A stretch of DNA of 61,884 bases, the filler included, from an uncultured virus (IMG/VR IMGVR_UViG_2061766007_001639) (lineage: Duplodnaviria > Heunggongvirae > Uroviricota > Caudoviricetes). It is 10 parts of one record of this genome, joined end to end, with 100 filler letters (N's around TTAATTAATTAA, not from the genome) between each part and the next. Parts side by side here need not be neighbours in the genome. Positions count along the whole stretch, not along the records: positions 9,664 to 35,231 come from IMGVR_UViG_2061766007_001639; 9 more parts are not named here. One strand, given 5' to 3'. Within the stretch, counting starts at the first letter, position 1, and every line of letters begins with the position of its first letter. The notes under the pieces were generated by a model. The model was not told where the DNA came from. It saw only the letters and a program-made list of their open reading frames with translations, and did not search any database. Shown here in pieces: positions 20,061 through 31,404 of the stretch. The translations under genes and the position numbers were made by a program.

Positions 20061-20158
20061 CTGCTGGCCTTGCTTCCGGGCGTGACGATGCTTCCGGGCG
20101 CGTGCTGGCCTGCTGGCCTTGCTTCCGGGCGTGACGATGCTTCCGGGCGCGTGCTGGC
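20061..20158. repeat. Perfect 49-bp tandem duplication
   Basis: CTGCTGGCCTTGCTTCCGGGCGTGACGATGCTTCCGGGCGCGTGCTGGC x2. Confidence 0.9.
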
Positions 20159-20361
20159 AAGGCCTGCCCGGATCGGATCGGCAGGAAAAACGCGTCCCCC
20201 GCGGGGAAATAGGCGAAGACGGGGAGGGGGTGATGGAGTCCCGCTACCACCCGCCAAAAATAAAAAGCAAATTTTCTTNNNNNNNNNNNNNNNNNNNNNN
20301 NNNNNNNNNNNNNNNNNNNNCGTAATGGTGGTAATATGTATCACGAAGGGAGGGATTGACG

Positions 20362-21122
20362 ATGAACGTTGCGGCCTACATCAGGGTGTCCACGGACGGG
20401 CAGTGCGGAGACGATAAGTTCGGATTGGACGTTCAGAAGCAGATAATCAACGAGTATTGTGCGAAGAACGGCATGACGATTCTGCGCTGGTACATGGACG
20501 AGGGCGAGTCTGGTGCGAAGGAGCGGCCCGGATTTGACGAGATAGTATACGGAGAGGTAAGCAATCCTCCGACCGAGGCTGTTATCGTTGCGAAGTCTGA
20601 CCGTGTGGCAAGGGACATCAACATCTATTACTACTATAAGATGATGTTGAAGAAGAAGGACATCAAGCTGATTTCGATTGCGGAGGACTTTGGGCAGTTT
20701 GGTGTATTTGCGAACATGCTTGAAGCGTTTACGATGTGTGTCGCGGAAATGGAAAGAGACAACATTACAAAACGCACCAGCAGCGGTCGCAAGGTGAAGG
20801 CATCGCGTGGTGGGTACAGTGGCGGCGNNNNNNNNNNNNNNNNNNNNNNNNCGGTGGTGCGCTTGTAATCAACGAAGACGAGGCAAAGGTCGTTCGGAAG
20901 ATATTTGAACTCCGCAACTCGGGCAGTACGATGCCGGGCATTGTGGAATATCTGAACTCGAACGGATATGCGACTCGTCGTGGTGGAAAGTTTCAGATTA
21001 GTACAATTCAGGGGATTCTGAACAACAGGAAAACATATGAGGGTTATTATCACTACGGAAGCAATGGTGAATGGGTTAAAGGGCAACACGAACCGATCCT
21101 TACCGACGAAGACGAACAGTAA
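20362..21122 (+). CDS. Serine recombinase (resolvase plus recombinase domain; gap-split)
   Basis: AAYIRVSTDGQ, DEGESGA..RPG, KSDRVARD; C-terminal EAKVVRKIF...GQHEPIL. Confidence 0.9.
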
Positions 21123-21152
21123 CGACAAACAATGCAAAGGAGTGTAACCAAC

Positions 21153-22308
21153 ATGAAGAAGGTCAACGAGATGATCACGAAGGTACTGAACACGGAAGAT
21201 GGCAAGTGCGTGGATGTATTCGCGTATGTAGAAGACGAGAAGTACGGAGAGGTAACGCTCGGTTACGAACTGAATGGAAAGGACGAAGTGATTACGATGT
21301 GCTACGGGCGCATTAACACTGAGGATCCTGGCGATGTGCCGTCGAAGGAGTTTGCGAACAGGGCGGAGGCTGCTGGGTCGGAATATGGCGAGGCGTTCGG
21401 CGAGATGTTTGCTGTTGCGGAGAAGGAAGCCGCANNNNNNNNNNNNNGTTTGGAAATCGCCCGCAAAATCAAAAAGGCCAAACCCGGAAAGGGAAAAACA
21501 CCTACAAGGAGTGTATGAGCAATGAAAAGGGTTGTAGTGATATTGCTGATCGTGGCGGTTCTTNNNNNNNNNNNNNNNNNNNNNNNNNNNNNNNNNNNNN
21601 NNNNNNNNNNNNNNNNNNNNNNNNNNNNNNNNNNNNNNNNNNNNGGATAGACATGTTTACAGACGATTATTCTGAACTGATCTACAGGTACTTAAAGCTA
21701 TACTTGGCTGCGGACAATGTGAAAACGATTGAAATGATCAAGGAAGTGCGGAACCAAGGCAAGGAACTACCGGAAATGGACGACAGGATAGAAATGGAAT
21801 ACTATCTTGAATCGTGCGTAGATAACTATTGGCTTGGATATGTTGGTGGTGAAATGACGAAAAAGGATTATCTGGATTGGATNNNNNNNNNNNNNNNNNN
21901 NNNNNNNNNNNNNNNNNNNNNNNNNNNNNNNNNNNNNNNNNNNNNNNNNNNNNNNNNNNNNNNNNNNNNNNNNNNNNNNNNNNNNNNNNNNNNNNNNNNN
22001 NNNNNNNNNNNNNNNNNNNNNNNNNNNNNNNNNNNNNNNNNNNNNNNNNNNNNNNNNNNNNNNNNNNNNNNNNNNNNNNNNNNNNNNNNNNNNNNNNNNN
22101 NNNNATAACAATTGACGGATTGCATGTAACGTGTATGCTTGATGATGTCGATGATGTTATAGTTGGCACGGGCGGCAAATTCGCATATGTGTTTTTGAAC
22201 GGAGAATCNNNNNNNNNNNNNNNNNNNNNNNNNNNNNNNNNNNNNGAGTTGTATGACGGTGAAAGGATCATACTTGATATAATGCGTGCAGAGTTTGTTC
22301 GCGTGTAA
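21153..22308 (+). other. Two or three hypothetical genes (gapped)
   Basis: RBS plus ORFs 21153-21518 and fragments to 22308. Confidence 0.5.
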
Positions 22309-22468
22309 TCATTATAAATTACATAACAAGCAAATATAAGCAAGTAACAAGACACCGCAAAACACAGTAAATCAGAGTAAAAACCGTGGGGGCGGTGTCT
22401 ATTTTTATGCGTGTGTAGGCACTCCCTTCGGAAAAGGTAAAAAACAAACCGTTAGGGGGCGTATCAAT

Positions 22469-24079
22469 GTGAATGATTACGAACGAATCTTAAAATACAT
22501 CGCTATAAAACCGAACGATCCGCAGGCATATGAGGATGGGTTAGCGATTATATACGAACACACTAAGAATGGCGAGACGGAGTATCACGCGCATAACAAG
22601 GAGTTTCGGGGCAAGATAGCGGCGGNNNNNNNNNNNNNNNNNNNNNNNNNNNNNNNNNNNNNNNNNNNNNNNNNNNNNNNNNNNNNNNNNNNNNNNNNNN
22701 NNNNNNNNNGTTTGGATGCGTATATGCTGTACATCGAATCGAATCGGGATCCAAAGAAACAATTCTATCTGCCACGAAGGGATAAGCTGTTGCCGGTCGT
22801 GAACCTTCTCCAGGCCATGGAGGATGATAAATATGACCTTGTTGGCATCAGTCAACCACCTGGAACGGGTAAGACGGGTACCGCGATATTCTATTTAACG
22901 TGGTTGGCTGGNNNNNNNNNNNNNNNNNNNCCTGACCGGGTCGCATAGTAACGCATTTGTCAGGGGCGTTTACGACGAATGTTTGCGCGTATTTGATGCG
23001 AACGGGGAGTATCTATGGCATGACGTGTTTCCTGGCGTATCGGTATCGAATACAAACGCGAAGGACTGCCGGATTGATCTGGGGAAGCGGAAACGCTTCG
23101 AGACGTTGCAATTCACATCCATCGGAACAGGTAATGCCGGCCTGTACCGTGCATCAAAACTGTTGTATTGCGATGACCTGGTGTCAGGCCTGGAAGTGGC
23201 GTTATCTCGGGAGCGGCTGGATAAGTTGTGGGATACGTACACGACCGACCTGAGGCAGCGTAAAATCGGCGACCATTGCAAGGAACTACACGTCTCAACG
23301 CACTGGAGCGTTCAGGATCCGGTCAGTAGGCTTGAGCGTCAGTATGAAGATGATCCCCGCGCTACCTTCCTTGCCATCCCTGCCTTGGACGAAAACGACG
23401 AGAGCAATTTCGACTACAAATATGGCGTTGGATTCAGCACTCAATTCTACCATGAGCAGCGTGCGATTATGGACGATGTATCATGGCAGGCGCTGTATAT
23501 GAACCANNNNNNNNNNNNNNNNNNNNNNGATATTTCGAGTTGCCGGACAGGGAACCGGATGCGATTCTGTCTGTTTGTGACACGAAAGACCGTGGATCAG
23601 ACTATTGCGTCATGCCGATTGCATACCAATATGGGAATGATTATTACATCGAGGACGTGGTATGCGATAATTCCAACCCGGAAGTGGTAGAAGCGCGGCT
23701 CGTTCAGAAGTGCATACAGCATAAGGTTCAGATGAGTCGATTTGAGAGCAATTCTGCCGGCGGACGAGTTGCTCAGAGCGTGCAGGAACGGATTAAGGCG
23801 AACAGTGGCATCACCAAGATAACAACAAAGTACACCACTCAGAACAAGGAAACGAAGATCATCATGGCTTCACCATTTGTGAAAGAACACTTCCTGTTTA
23901 AGGACGGCAGTGTAATCAAAGATGACAAAGAGTACAGGCGTTTCATGGGTTTCCTTTGTTCGTACTCTATGGCAGGAAAGAATAAATTCGATGATGTCGC
24001 TGATGCGTGCAGCATGTTGGCGGATTATGTGCAAAGCTTTGCAAGAACACAGGTTGAAATCATACAAAGACCGTGGTGA
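22469..24079 (+). CDS. terL: Terminase large subunit (gap-split)
   Basis: SQPPGTGKT Walker A, LYCDDLV Walker B, nuclease DT..RGSDY and FDDVADA. Confidence 0.9.
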
Positions 24080-24094
24080 TTGGGAGGCGATTAT

Positions 24095-24714
24095 ATGGCT
24101 AAAAACAATGAAACATACAACAAAAGTGAATGGATTGGAAAGAAATTTGGCAGGCTTACAGTTATTGAACCGGTTCATAGAGTGCATCCAAATGGGAAAA
24201 GCCAATGGTATTGGAAGGTTGTTTGTGAATGCGGAACGATAAAGGAAGAGCACCCGCATACACTTATAACCGGAAAGGTGGTATCGTGCGGATGTTATAG
24301 GTTACATGACAAACCCTGCCACACAAAGACTCATGGCGAAAGTCATACGCGTTTACACGATATTTGGTGCGGGATTAACAGACGGTGCAACCCGAAAAGC
24401 ACGATTTCAGAACGATATGGAAAACGAGGAATAACTATATGCGAAGAATGGAACGACTATGAAAAGTTCGCAGAATGGGCAAGAAACAACGGATATGATG
24501 ATGGACTAACGATTGAAAGAATAGATGTTAACGGGAACTATTGCCCTGAAAATTGTACGTGGATTCCGCTTAGAAAACAGGCGCGGAACAGGCGTACAAC
24601 ACATTGGGTAAATTATGATGGACGTAGAATGTCTCTTGCGGAGGCGTGCGAACTTGCGAATCTGCCCTATAAGCAAGTATTTGGACGTATAACAAAACGT
24701 CACTGGTCTGTTGA
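24095..24714 (+). CDS. HNH-type homing endonuclease
   Basis: GKKFGRLTVI, CECG, SCGC, YGKRGITICEEW, TIERIDVNGNYCPENC. Confidence 0.85.
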
Positions 24715-24868
24715 ANNNNNNNNNNNNNNNNNNNNNNNNNNNNNNNNNNNNNNNNNNNNNCGGTTATTGTAGAACCGGAAGAAATAGTCAAACGCAGGCT
24801 GGATGATGCAGATAACAATTACGCGTGTTATATCTGATGCCTTCTTTCCGTTAATTACCTAATAACTA

Positions 24869-24897
24869 TTGATACTTGGAACAATATATGCTATAAT
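24869..24897 (+). promoter_or_regulatory. Sigma-A promoter upstream of the head genes
   Basis: TTGATA-17 nt-TATAAT with extended -10 TG. Confidence 0.75.
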
Positions 24898-25066
24898 ACA
24901 GTCAAAGAAAGTGTACACCACACAAATTCTTATATGCAAAACACAGTCAAACACTGAATGAACAGACGTGATAGGTCTGTCATTCCTGCTTTTTACAGAG
25001 CAGTCAGAGTCAATCCGAGCGGATGATTTCTGGCTGCTCTTTTTTGTATTTTTCGGAGGTGGTACT

Positions 25067-26755
25067 GTGGCTCTTGAGGCAGATACCGTGCGGAAGTTGA
25101 GCGACATTGAGCCGCAGTCGCTACACGGGAGAAGGCAGATTTTCACATCTGAGACGAAAATCACGCGCGAGAACGTCATTGATGTTCTGGAGAAGGCACT
25201 CCCGGTACACGCGAGGAATCGTCAAGAGATCATATATCTGGAGAAGTACATTCGAGGCATTCAGCCGATCCTGGAAAGGGTAAAGAATGTCAACGCCGAG
25301 ATTAACAACAAGGTCGTTGTGAACATCGCGAACGAGATCGTGGCGTTCAAGACGGCTGAGTTTGCCGGCGAACCGATCCAGTACATCAGCCGTGCCAGCG
25401 ACAATGAGTCTGTCCCGGAAAAGGTCGCGAAGCTGAACGACATGATGATTTCCGAGGGCAAGCAGACGAAAGACTTCGAGCTGGCTCATGACATGTTCAC
25501 CGATGGCGTCGGGTATCGGCTGGTTATTNNNNNNNNNNNNNNNNNNNNNNNNNATGAAGCGCCGTTCGAGATTTACATTCCGGAACCGCGCAATACGTTC
25601 GTGGTGCGGGTGAACGACGTCACCAAGCGCGTCGTGATGGGCGTGACGTATGTGTATCTGGACCCGCCCGTTGACGGCGTTCGGAACGCTCCGTATATTC
25701 CCGAACCGACCGGCGGCATCCGGTACACGGTTTACACCGACGACGCGACGTATACCATCGACAGCATTGACAGTAACGGCCTGGAGATCAAGAACGAGGT
25801 TCACCATAACTTCGGTGCTGTTACGCTGGTTGAGTATCCGTGCAATTCGCTCTATATGGGCGCTTTCGAGGTTGTACTGCCTCTGCTCGATGCGATCAAC
25901 ACCACACAGAGCAACCGCCTGGACGGGATTGAGCAATTCATTCAGGCGATCATGGTGTTTGAGGGCGTAGACATCACGCGCGAACAGTTCCTCGAATTGA
26001 AGGACCTTGGCGCGTTGAAACTGCCGCCGTCTGTGGATGGACGGTCCAGCCGTGTTTACTACCTCAACGAGCAGTTGGATCAGGCGCAAACGCAAACGCT
26101 AGTAGACGATATGTACCAGACGGTCTTGCAGATTGTCGGTATGCCGTCTCAGGGCAATGCCAACACGTCTGACAGCAGCAACAATGGCGCGACAATCATG
26201 AAAAATGGTTGGTGGCACGCCGAGGCACGGGCGCTTGAAGCCCAGTCAATGTGGCGGCGCTCTGAGACGGATGTTCTGAAAATCGTGCTGAAGATCGCAT
26301 CCGAAAGCGGCGAACTGACCGGTCTGAAGATTTCGGATATTGAACCGAAATTCTGGCGGCAGAGTTACGAAGATCTGCTGGTCAAGACTCAGTCGTTCAG
26401 CACGCTCCGGTCGGCTGGTATGCCGGCGATCCAGGCGTTCACGTTCAGCCACCTGAGCAAGGATCCCGAAAGCGACGCGATGGTGTACGACGATTACCAG
26501 GAAGAGCAGGCACAGCAACTGGACGCCCTGTCCGGTGCGGGTGGAACAGATAGCGATATTGACGTTTCTGCCGGTGCCAGTGCCGCTCCGATGGGTGTCG
26601 GTTCGACGAGTGGCGAGACGACCGGAACAGGTCATCCCAAGGACAGCATTGGCGTGTGCCCGGTATGCAAGCGTTCGTTCAGGAAACGCAGCAACAACCA
26701 GGTGTATGACCGTCCGGAATGCAGACGCAAGGCCCATGGCGGTGATGTCGAGTGA
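25067..26755 (+). CDS. Portal protein (SPP1 gp6-like)
   Basis: Position after terL; NNKVVVNIANEIV, GAFEVVLPLLDAIN; GGAGG RBS with GTG start. Confidence 0.85.
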   Translation: MALEADTVRKLSDIEPQSLHGRRQIFTSETKITRENVIDVLEKALPVHARNRQEIIYLEKYIRGIQPILERVKNVNAEINNKVVVNIANEIVAFKTAEFAGEPIQYISRASDNESVPEKVAKLNDMMISEGKQTKDFELAHDMFTDGVGYRLVIXXXXXXXXXEAPFEIYIPEPRNTFVVRVNDVTKRVVMGVTYVYLDPPVDGVRNAPYIPEPTGGIRYTVYTDDATYTIDSIDSNGLEIKNEVHHNFGAVTLVEYPCNSLYMGAFEVVLPLLDAINTTQSNRLDGIEQFIQAIMVFEGVDITREQFLELKDLGALKLPPSVDGRSSRVYYLNEQLDQAQTQTLVDDMYQTVLQIVGMPSQGNANTSDSSNNGATIMKNGWWHAEARALEAQSMWRRSETDVLKIVLKIASESGELTGLKISDIEPKFWRQSYEDLLVKTQSFSTLRSAGMPAIQAFTFSHLSKDPESDAMVYDDYQEEQAQQLDALSGAGGTDSDIDVSAGASAAPMGVGSTSGETTGTGHPKDSIGVCPVCKRSFRKRSNNQVYDRPECRRKAHGGDVE

Positions 26756-27357
26756 TTTACGACAAGGCGGATAAGGCGATCAAGGCCATGAACCGCCGGA
26801 ATCTCAAGGCATTTAACCGCCTAAAGCTGGCCGATTTCGACGAACTGAACATCATTCGGGAAATCGACGAATTGTACAGAAGTTCTTCGCGTTATGCCGA
26901 AAAGCAGTATCTGGAGATTGCGAGAGATGCTTACATAACGGCGATGCACGAAGCACATTACAAGGGCAACCCGGAAAAGGCAATCGACGACGACTGGGTG
27001 CTGGACATGCTGGAAGAAGTCGATCCCGTCACGCTCTATGTATTCACCTACGAACGGGAACGAAAGAAGCAGCGACTGATTGAAGCGCTATCCGTTGCGC
27101 ACGATAAGGTGCATGAGATAGACAAAGCGCTACGTTACTGGACGCTGCAACTCGGACAATACGCGGACAACTCGGTCGCATACGCCCGGGAACAGGCGTT
27201 TGAGGATGCCGGGATTAGGCGCGTTCGGTGGGTAACGCAACACGACGAGCGGGTGTGCAAGACGTGTGATGAACGCGATGGGCACATCTACCGGATAGGG
27301 AACATTCCTCAGACTCACTGGGGATGCAGATGTATTTTGGAACCAGTTTTTAATTGA
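26752..27357 (+). CDS. Minor head / head morphogenesis protein (SPP1 gp7, Mu gpF-like)
   Basis: WVTQHDERVCKTC...HWGCRC. Confidence 0.85.
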   Translation: MIYDKADKAIKAMNRRNLKAFNRLKLADFDELNIIREIDELYRSSSRYAEKQYLEIARDAYITAMHEAHYKGNPEKAIDDDWVLDMLEEVDPVTLYVFTYERERKKQRLIEALSVAHDKVHEIDKALRYWTLQLGQYADNSVAYAREQAFEDAGIRRVRWVTQHDERVCKTCDERDGHIYRIGNIPQTHWGCRCILEPVFN

Positions 27358-27466
27358 TATTAGGTGGCCTAGCGTCACTTGATATACCTTCCAGAGAAGG
27401 AAGTAAAACGACGCACATAAAGAGCTAGAGAAAGCTCTCCAAATCACGCAAAGGAGATTGATTACC

Positions 27467-28033
27467 ATGCCGGAAACCGAAGTTATTGCCGAACAGCAGG
27501 CCGTTGAACAGACGGAACAGCAGGAACACACCGAACAGACCAACACCGAGACGGAGAATCCGGAACTTGCCAAGTCCAGGGCAGAACTCGCCAGGATGAA
27601 AGCCGCTCTGGATAAGGCCACAAAGGAAGCAGGGGACTACCGAAAAGCCCTAAGGGCCAAGCAGTCCGCCGAGGAAATTGCCGCCGAGGAACAGAAGGCT
27701 GCGGACGAAGCGCGTGATAAGGAACTGAACGACCTTAGAAAGCGGTTCGCGGTCATGGAGACGCAGAAGAGCNNNNNNNNNNNNNNNNNNNNNNNNNNNN
27801 NNNNNNNNNNNNNGGACGTTGATGGTGCGCTTCTAGAGATTCAGAAGATCATCACGGCGAAGGAGAAGGCCCTGCGCCTTGAGTACGGGAAGATCCCCGC
27901 GCCCGGTGCTGGCGGTTCAGAAAACGAAGACACTGCGGAAAGCCGCGCTGTGAAGCTGGCTGGAGACATCGGTAAGGCCAAGGCTGCGGCTGATAAAACC
28001 GCAAGAGACGCGCTGAGTGTCTACATGCGGTAA
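27467..28033 (+). CDS. Capsid scaffolding protein
   Basis: Acidic N-terminus, coiled coil, position before capsid genes. Confidence 0.75.
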   Translation: MPETEVIAEQQAVEQTEQQEHTEQTNTETENPELAKSRAELARMKAALDKATKEAGDYRKALRAKQSAEEIAAEEQKAADEARDKELNDLRKRFAVMETQKSXXXXXXXXXXXXXXDVDGALLEIQKIITAKEKALRLEYGKIPAPGAGGSENEDTAESRAVKLAGDIGKAKAAADKTARDALSVYMR

Positions 28034-28068
28034 AGGTTAGAACAAACATGACGGAAGGAGAGATAGAC

Positions 28069-28415
28069 ATGATTTTCTCGACCACTTCTATCGCGAATGA
28101 CGTTGAGATCCTTGCTTCCAAGGACTTCCAGGCCATTCCGATCAAGGTCGCCACGCCTTCTAGTGGCACTGTCGTCAAGGCTGGCGCTCCGCTGACTTCT
28201 GCGGGTGCCGTGACCACCGCTTCCGGTGCGGTCGGCATCCTGCTGTATGACGTGGATGTCGCCACCAATCCGAACGGCGCTCTGGTTGTGCAGGGCATCA
28301 TCGACGNNNNNNNNNNNNNNNNNNNNNNNNNNNNNNNNNNNNNGAGTATGCATCCGCTCTGGCGGCTGCTCTGCCCGGCATCGTTCTGCGCACGAACATC
28401 GGCGTGAACGCTTGA
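28069..28415 (+). CDS. Head decoration / capsid-associated protein
   Basis: VKAGAP...GILLYDVD...VVQGII; lies between scaffold and MCP. Confidence 0.65.
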
Positions 28416-28430
28416 TAGGAGGTGCAGACA

Positions 28431-29482
28431 ATGAATCTGTTTGAACTGTTTACCCCTGCGGCCATTGCCATGAACTGGACTGAGGCCGCTTCCAATCGCA
28501 CCCCCTACCTGGGCGAGAGCCTGTTCCCTGCCCGTAAGCAGGCCGNNNNNNNNNNNNNNNNNNNNNNNNNACCCATGGCGTGCCTGTGACCCTGATGCCT
28601 TCTGCTTTCGACGCCAAGGCCACCTTCCGTGACCGCGTGGGCGTTGAGAAGCTGGAGACCGAGATGCCCTTCTTCCGTGAGGGCTTCAAGGTGAAGGAAC
28701 ATGACCGTCAGGAGATCCTGCGTGCCATGTCTTCTGCCGATCCCTACGCTCAGGCCGTTATCGCGCGTGTCTTTGACGACGCCCGTGACCTGATCGAGGG
28801 TGCGAACGTTGTGCCCGAGCGTGAGCGCATGCAGCTCCTGTTCCCCGCGAACGGCTACTGCGGCATCACCATCAAGNNNNNNNNNNNNNNNNNNNNNNNN
28901 NNNNNNNNNNNNNNNNNNNNNNNNNNNNNNNNNNNNNNNNNNNNNNNNNNNNNNNNNNNNNNNNNNNNNNNNNNNNNNNNNNNNNNNNNNNNNNNNNNNN
29001 NNNNNNNNNNNNNNNNNNNNNNGGACGCCGTGGTCGCCAAGACCGGTGTGAAGCCGACCATCGCGATCATGAACAGCTTCACCTTCAAGTACCTGCGCAG
29101 CATCAACGCTGTGAAGAACCGCTACCTCAGCCGCAGCGGCATCGCCCTCGGTTATCTGACCGACCAGGAGATCATCAACGTGCTGAAGGACACCAACGGT
29201 CTGACCGGCGTCGTTATCTACGACAAGATGTACAAGAACGAAAACAAGGTTGCGGCCAAGTTCGTTCCGGACAAGTACGTCGCTCTGGTTCCCGAGGGTG
29301 CCCTTGGCTCTACCTGCTACGGCACCACCCCGGANNNNNNNNNNNNNNNNNNNNNNNNNNNNNNNNNNNNNNNNNNNNNNNNNNNNNNNNNNNCGGTGAA
29401 CGTCAACACCTTCGCTTCCGAAATCGTGCTGCCCAGCTTCGAGCGCATGGATGAGGTCGCCCTGCTGAAAGTCGCCTCCTGA
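28431..29482 (+). CDS. Major capsid protein (phage cap E family; gap-split)
   Basis: PYLGESLFP, PSAFDAKA, EMPFFRE, ERMQLL, ASEIVLPSFE; strongly biased codons. Confidence 0.9.
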
Positions 29483-29709
29483 TAGGTGGTGACTTCCAAT
29501 GAGAGTTAAAGCGAAGTGCTGGATCAAAATCGGTGACGATTGGCACAAGCCCGGAGAGGTGTTCGAGGCGGAGGATTTCGACGAGAACATCATGACGGTT
29601 TGTGACGAACAGGAACCGGAAAACGCAGACCAGGTTGAGGTCGAGGAACCGACCCGCCGTGNNNNNNNNNNNNNNNNNNNNNNNNNNNNNNNNNNNNNNN
29701 NGGTGCAGG

Positions 29710-30025
29710 GTGGACTGCAATTCTATGGTGGAAGAACTGAGAGCCGTTCTGGAAACTGACGAGTCGGAGTTCACCCTGAACTCTTATCTGGAGCAGGCGA
29801 AGCACATCATCCTCGGAAGGCTTTATCCGTATGCTTCGGACGAGGAATACGACGGGATGGACGTGCCGAGCAAGTTCCAAAGCAAGCAGATTCGGATCGC
29901 TGCCTACCTGATGAATAAGCGCGGTGCTGAAGGCGAAATCCAGCATATCGAAAACGGGATTCACCGCAATTACGGTAATGCTGATGTTCCGGCGGCTATG
30001 CTCCAGGATGTTATGCCTTACGTTG
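29710..30025 (+). CDS. Head-tail connector protein (end in gap)
   Basis: YLEQAKHIILGRLYPY...NKRGAEGE..H.ENGI.R. Confidence 0.75.
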
Positions 30026-30475
30026 NNNNNNNNNNNNNNNNNNNNNNNNNNNNNNNNNNNNNNNNNNNNNNNNNNNNNNNNNNNNNNNNNNNNNNNNNNN
30101 NNNNNNNNNNNNNNNNNNNNNNNNNNNNNNNNNNNNNNNNNNNNNNNNNNNNNNNNNNNNNNNNNNNNNNNNNNNNNNNNNNNNNNNNNNNNNNNNNNNN
30201 NNNNNNNNNNNNNNNNNNNNNNNNNNNNNNNNNNNNNNNNNNNNNNNNNNNNNNNNNNNNNNNNNNNNNNNNNNNNNNNNNNNNNNNNNNNNNNNNNNNN
30301 NNNNNNNNNNNNNNNNNNNNNNNNNNNNNNNNNNNNNNNNNNNNNNNNNNNNNNNNNNNNNNNNNNNNNNNNNNNNNNNNNNNNNNNNNNNNNNNNNNNN
30401 NNNNNNNNNNNNNNNNNNNNNNNNNNNNNNNNNNNTCATGGCGAACCTTCCGAACCCGGGTGGTGGTAATACACC

Positions 30476-30991
30476 ATGGCAACGAAAGTCATCTCGATGT
30501 CGCTGGACATTGCATCGATTGACAGTGCGATTCGGCAGATAGAGCAGTACAAGCAAGACTTCATCAAGAAGTGCGAGGAACTTCGCGAGAAGATCGGAGA
30601 ACGGATCGCCTGGAGCGCGTCATCCGGATTCCGATCCGCGTTGGTCAGCGACGTGTTCTACNNNNNNNNNNNNNNNNNNNNNNNNNNNNNNNNNNNNNNN
30701 NNNNNNNCGATCGTCATCGCGGAGGGCAACGAGGCCGTGTTCATCGAATACGGCGCTGGCGTTTACAATAACGGAGCGGCTGGTTCATCGCCTCATCCGT
30801 GGGGAGCGGAACAGGGCTACACCATCGGTGGCTACGGAAAAGGGCACGGCGCTGAACCAAGATGGTATTACCGGGACGCGTCCGGCCAGAAGGTCGGCAC
30901 ACGCGGCACTCCTGCGGCGATGCCAATGTATCGTGGCATGCAAGAAGCAATCAATACTATTGACGATATAGTGCGGGAGGTGTTCGGATGA
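30476..30991 (+). CDS. Neck protein (HK97 gp10-like)
   Basis: AVFIEYGAG...TRGTPAAMPMY. Confidence 0.7.
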   Translation: MATKVISMSLDIASIDSAIRQIEQYKQDFIKKCEELREKIGERIAWSASSGFRSALVSDVFYXXXXXXXXXXXXXXXXIVIAEGNEAVFIEYGAGVYNNGAAGSSPHPWGAEQGYTIGGYGKGHGAEPRWYYRDASGQKVGTRGTPAAMPMYRGMQEAINTIDDIVREVFG

Positions 30992-31383
30992 TTGATGTTG
31001 AGGCTGATGTCTTCAATTACGTCTATCCGCGCGTCTCTCCGCTCGTTCCGAAGGGTTGCTTCAAAAGCGTGTATCTTCCGGCGCCGCCTGCGTTTCCATT
31101 CGCCACGCTGTACGAAGTGGACAGTTACACCACGCCTAGAATGTGGGGCACAACGGACAGCGAGACCCACGCGACGCTCACCTATGAAGCGAATGTCTAC
31201 GCCGAGGATAAGTATGAGTGCAAGGACATCATGAGCGCCATTGACACCGCCATGCACGAATTGAACTTCCGACGCACGATGATGCAATCGATTCCGAATC
31301 TTGCTGATAGCACACTCTTCAGATTAACGGCGCGGTATACAGCCGTTGCCGATGCAAATAAGACGATGTACAGAACATATTAA
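30988..31383 (+). CDS. Tail terminator / completion protein
   Basis: Position; PPAFPFATLYE...RLTARY. Confidence 0.65.
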   Translation: MIDVEADVFNYVYPRVSPLVPKGCFKSVYLPAPPAFPFATLYEVDSYTTPRMWGTTDSETHATLTYEANVYAEDKYECKDIMSAIDTAMHELNFRRTMMQSIPNLADSTLFRLTARYTAVADANKTMYRTY

Positions 31384-31404
31384 ATAGGAAAGGACTGAGG
31401 AAAC

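Noticed and set aside
13924..20158. CRISPR or mini-array
   Set aside because: Repeats are degenerate or directly tandem without unique spacers; no cas genes
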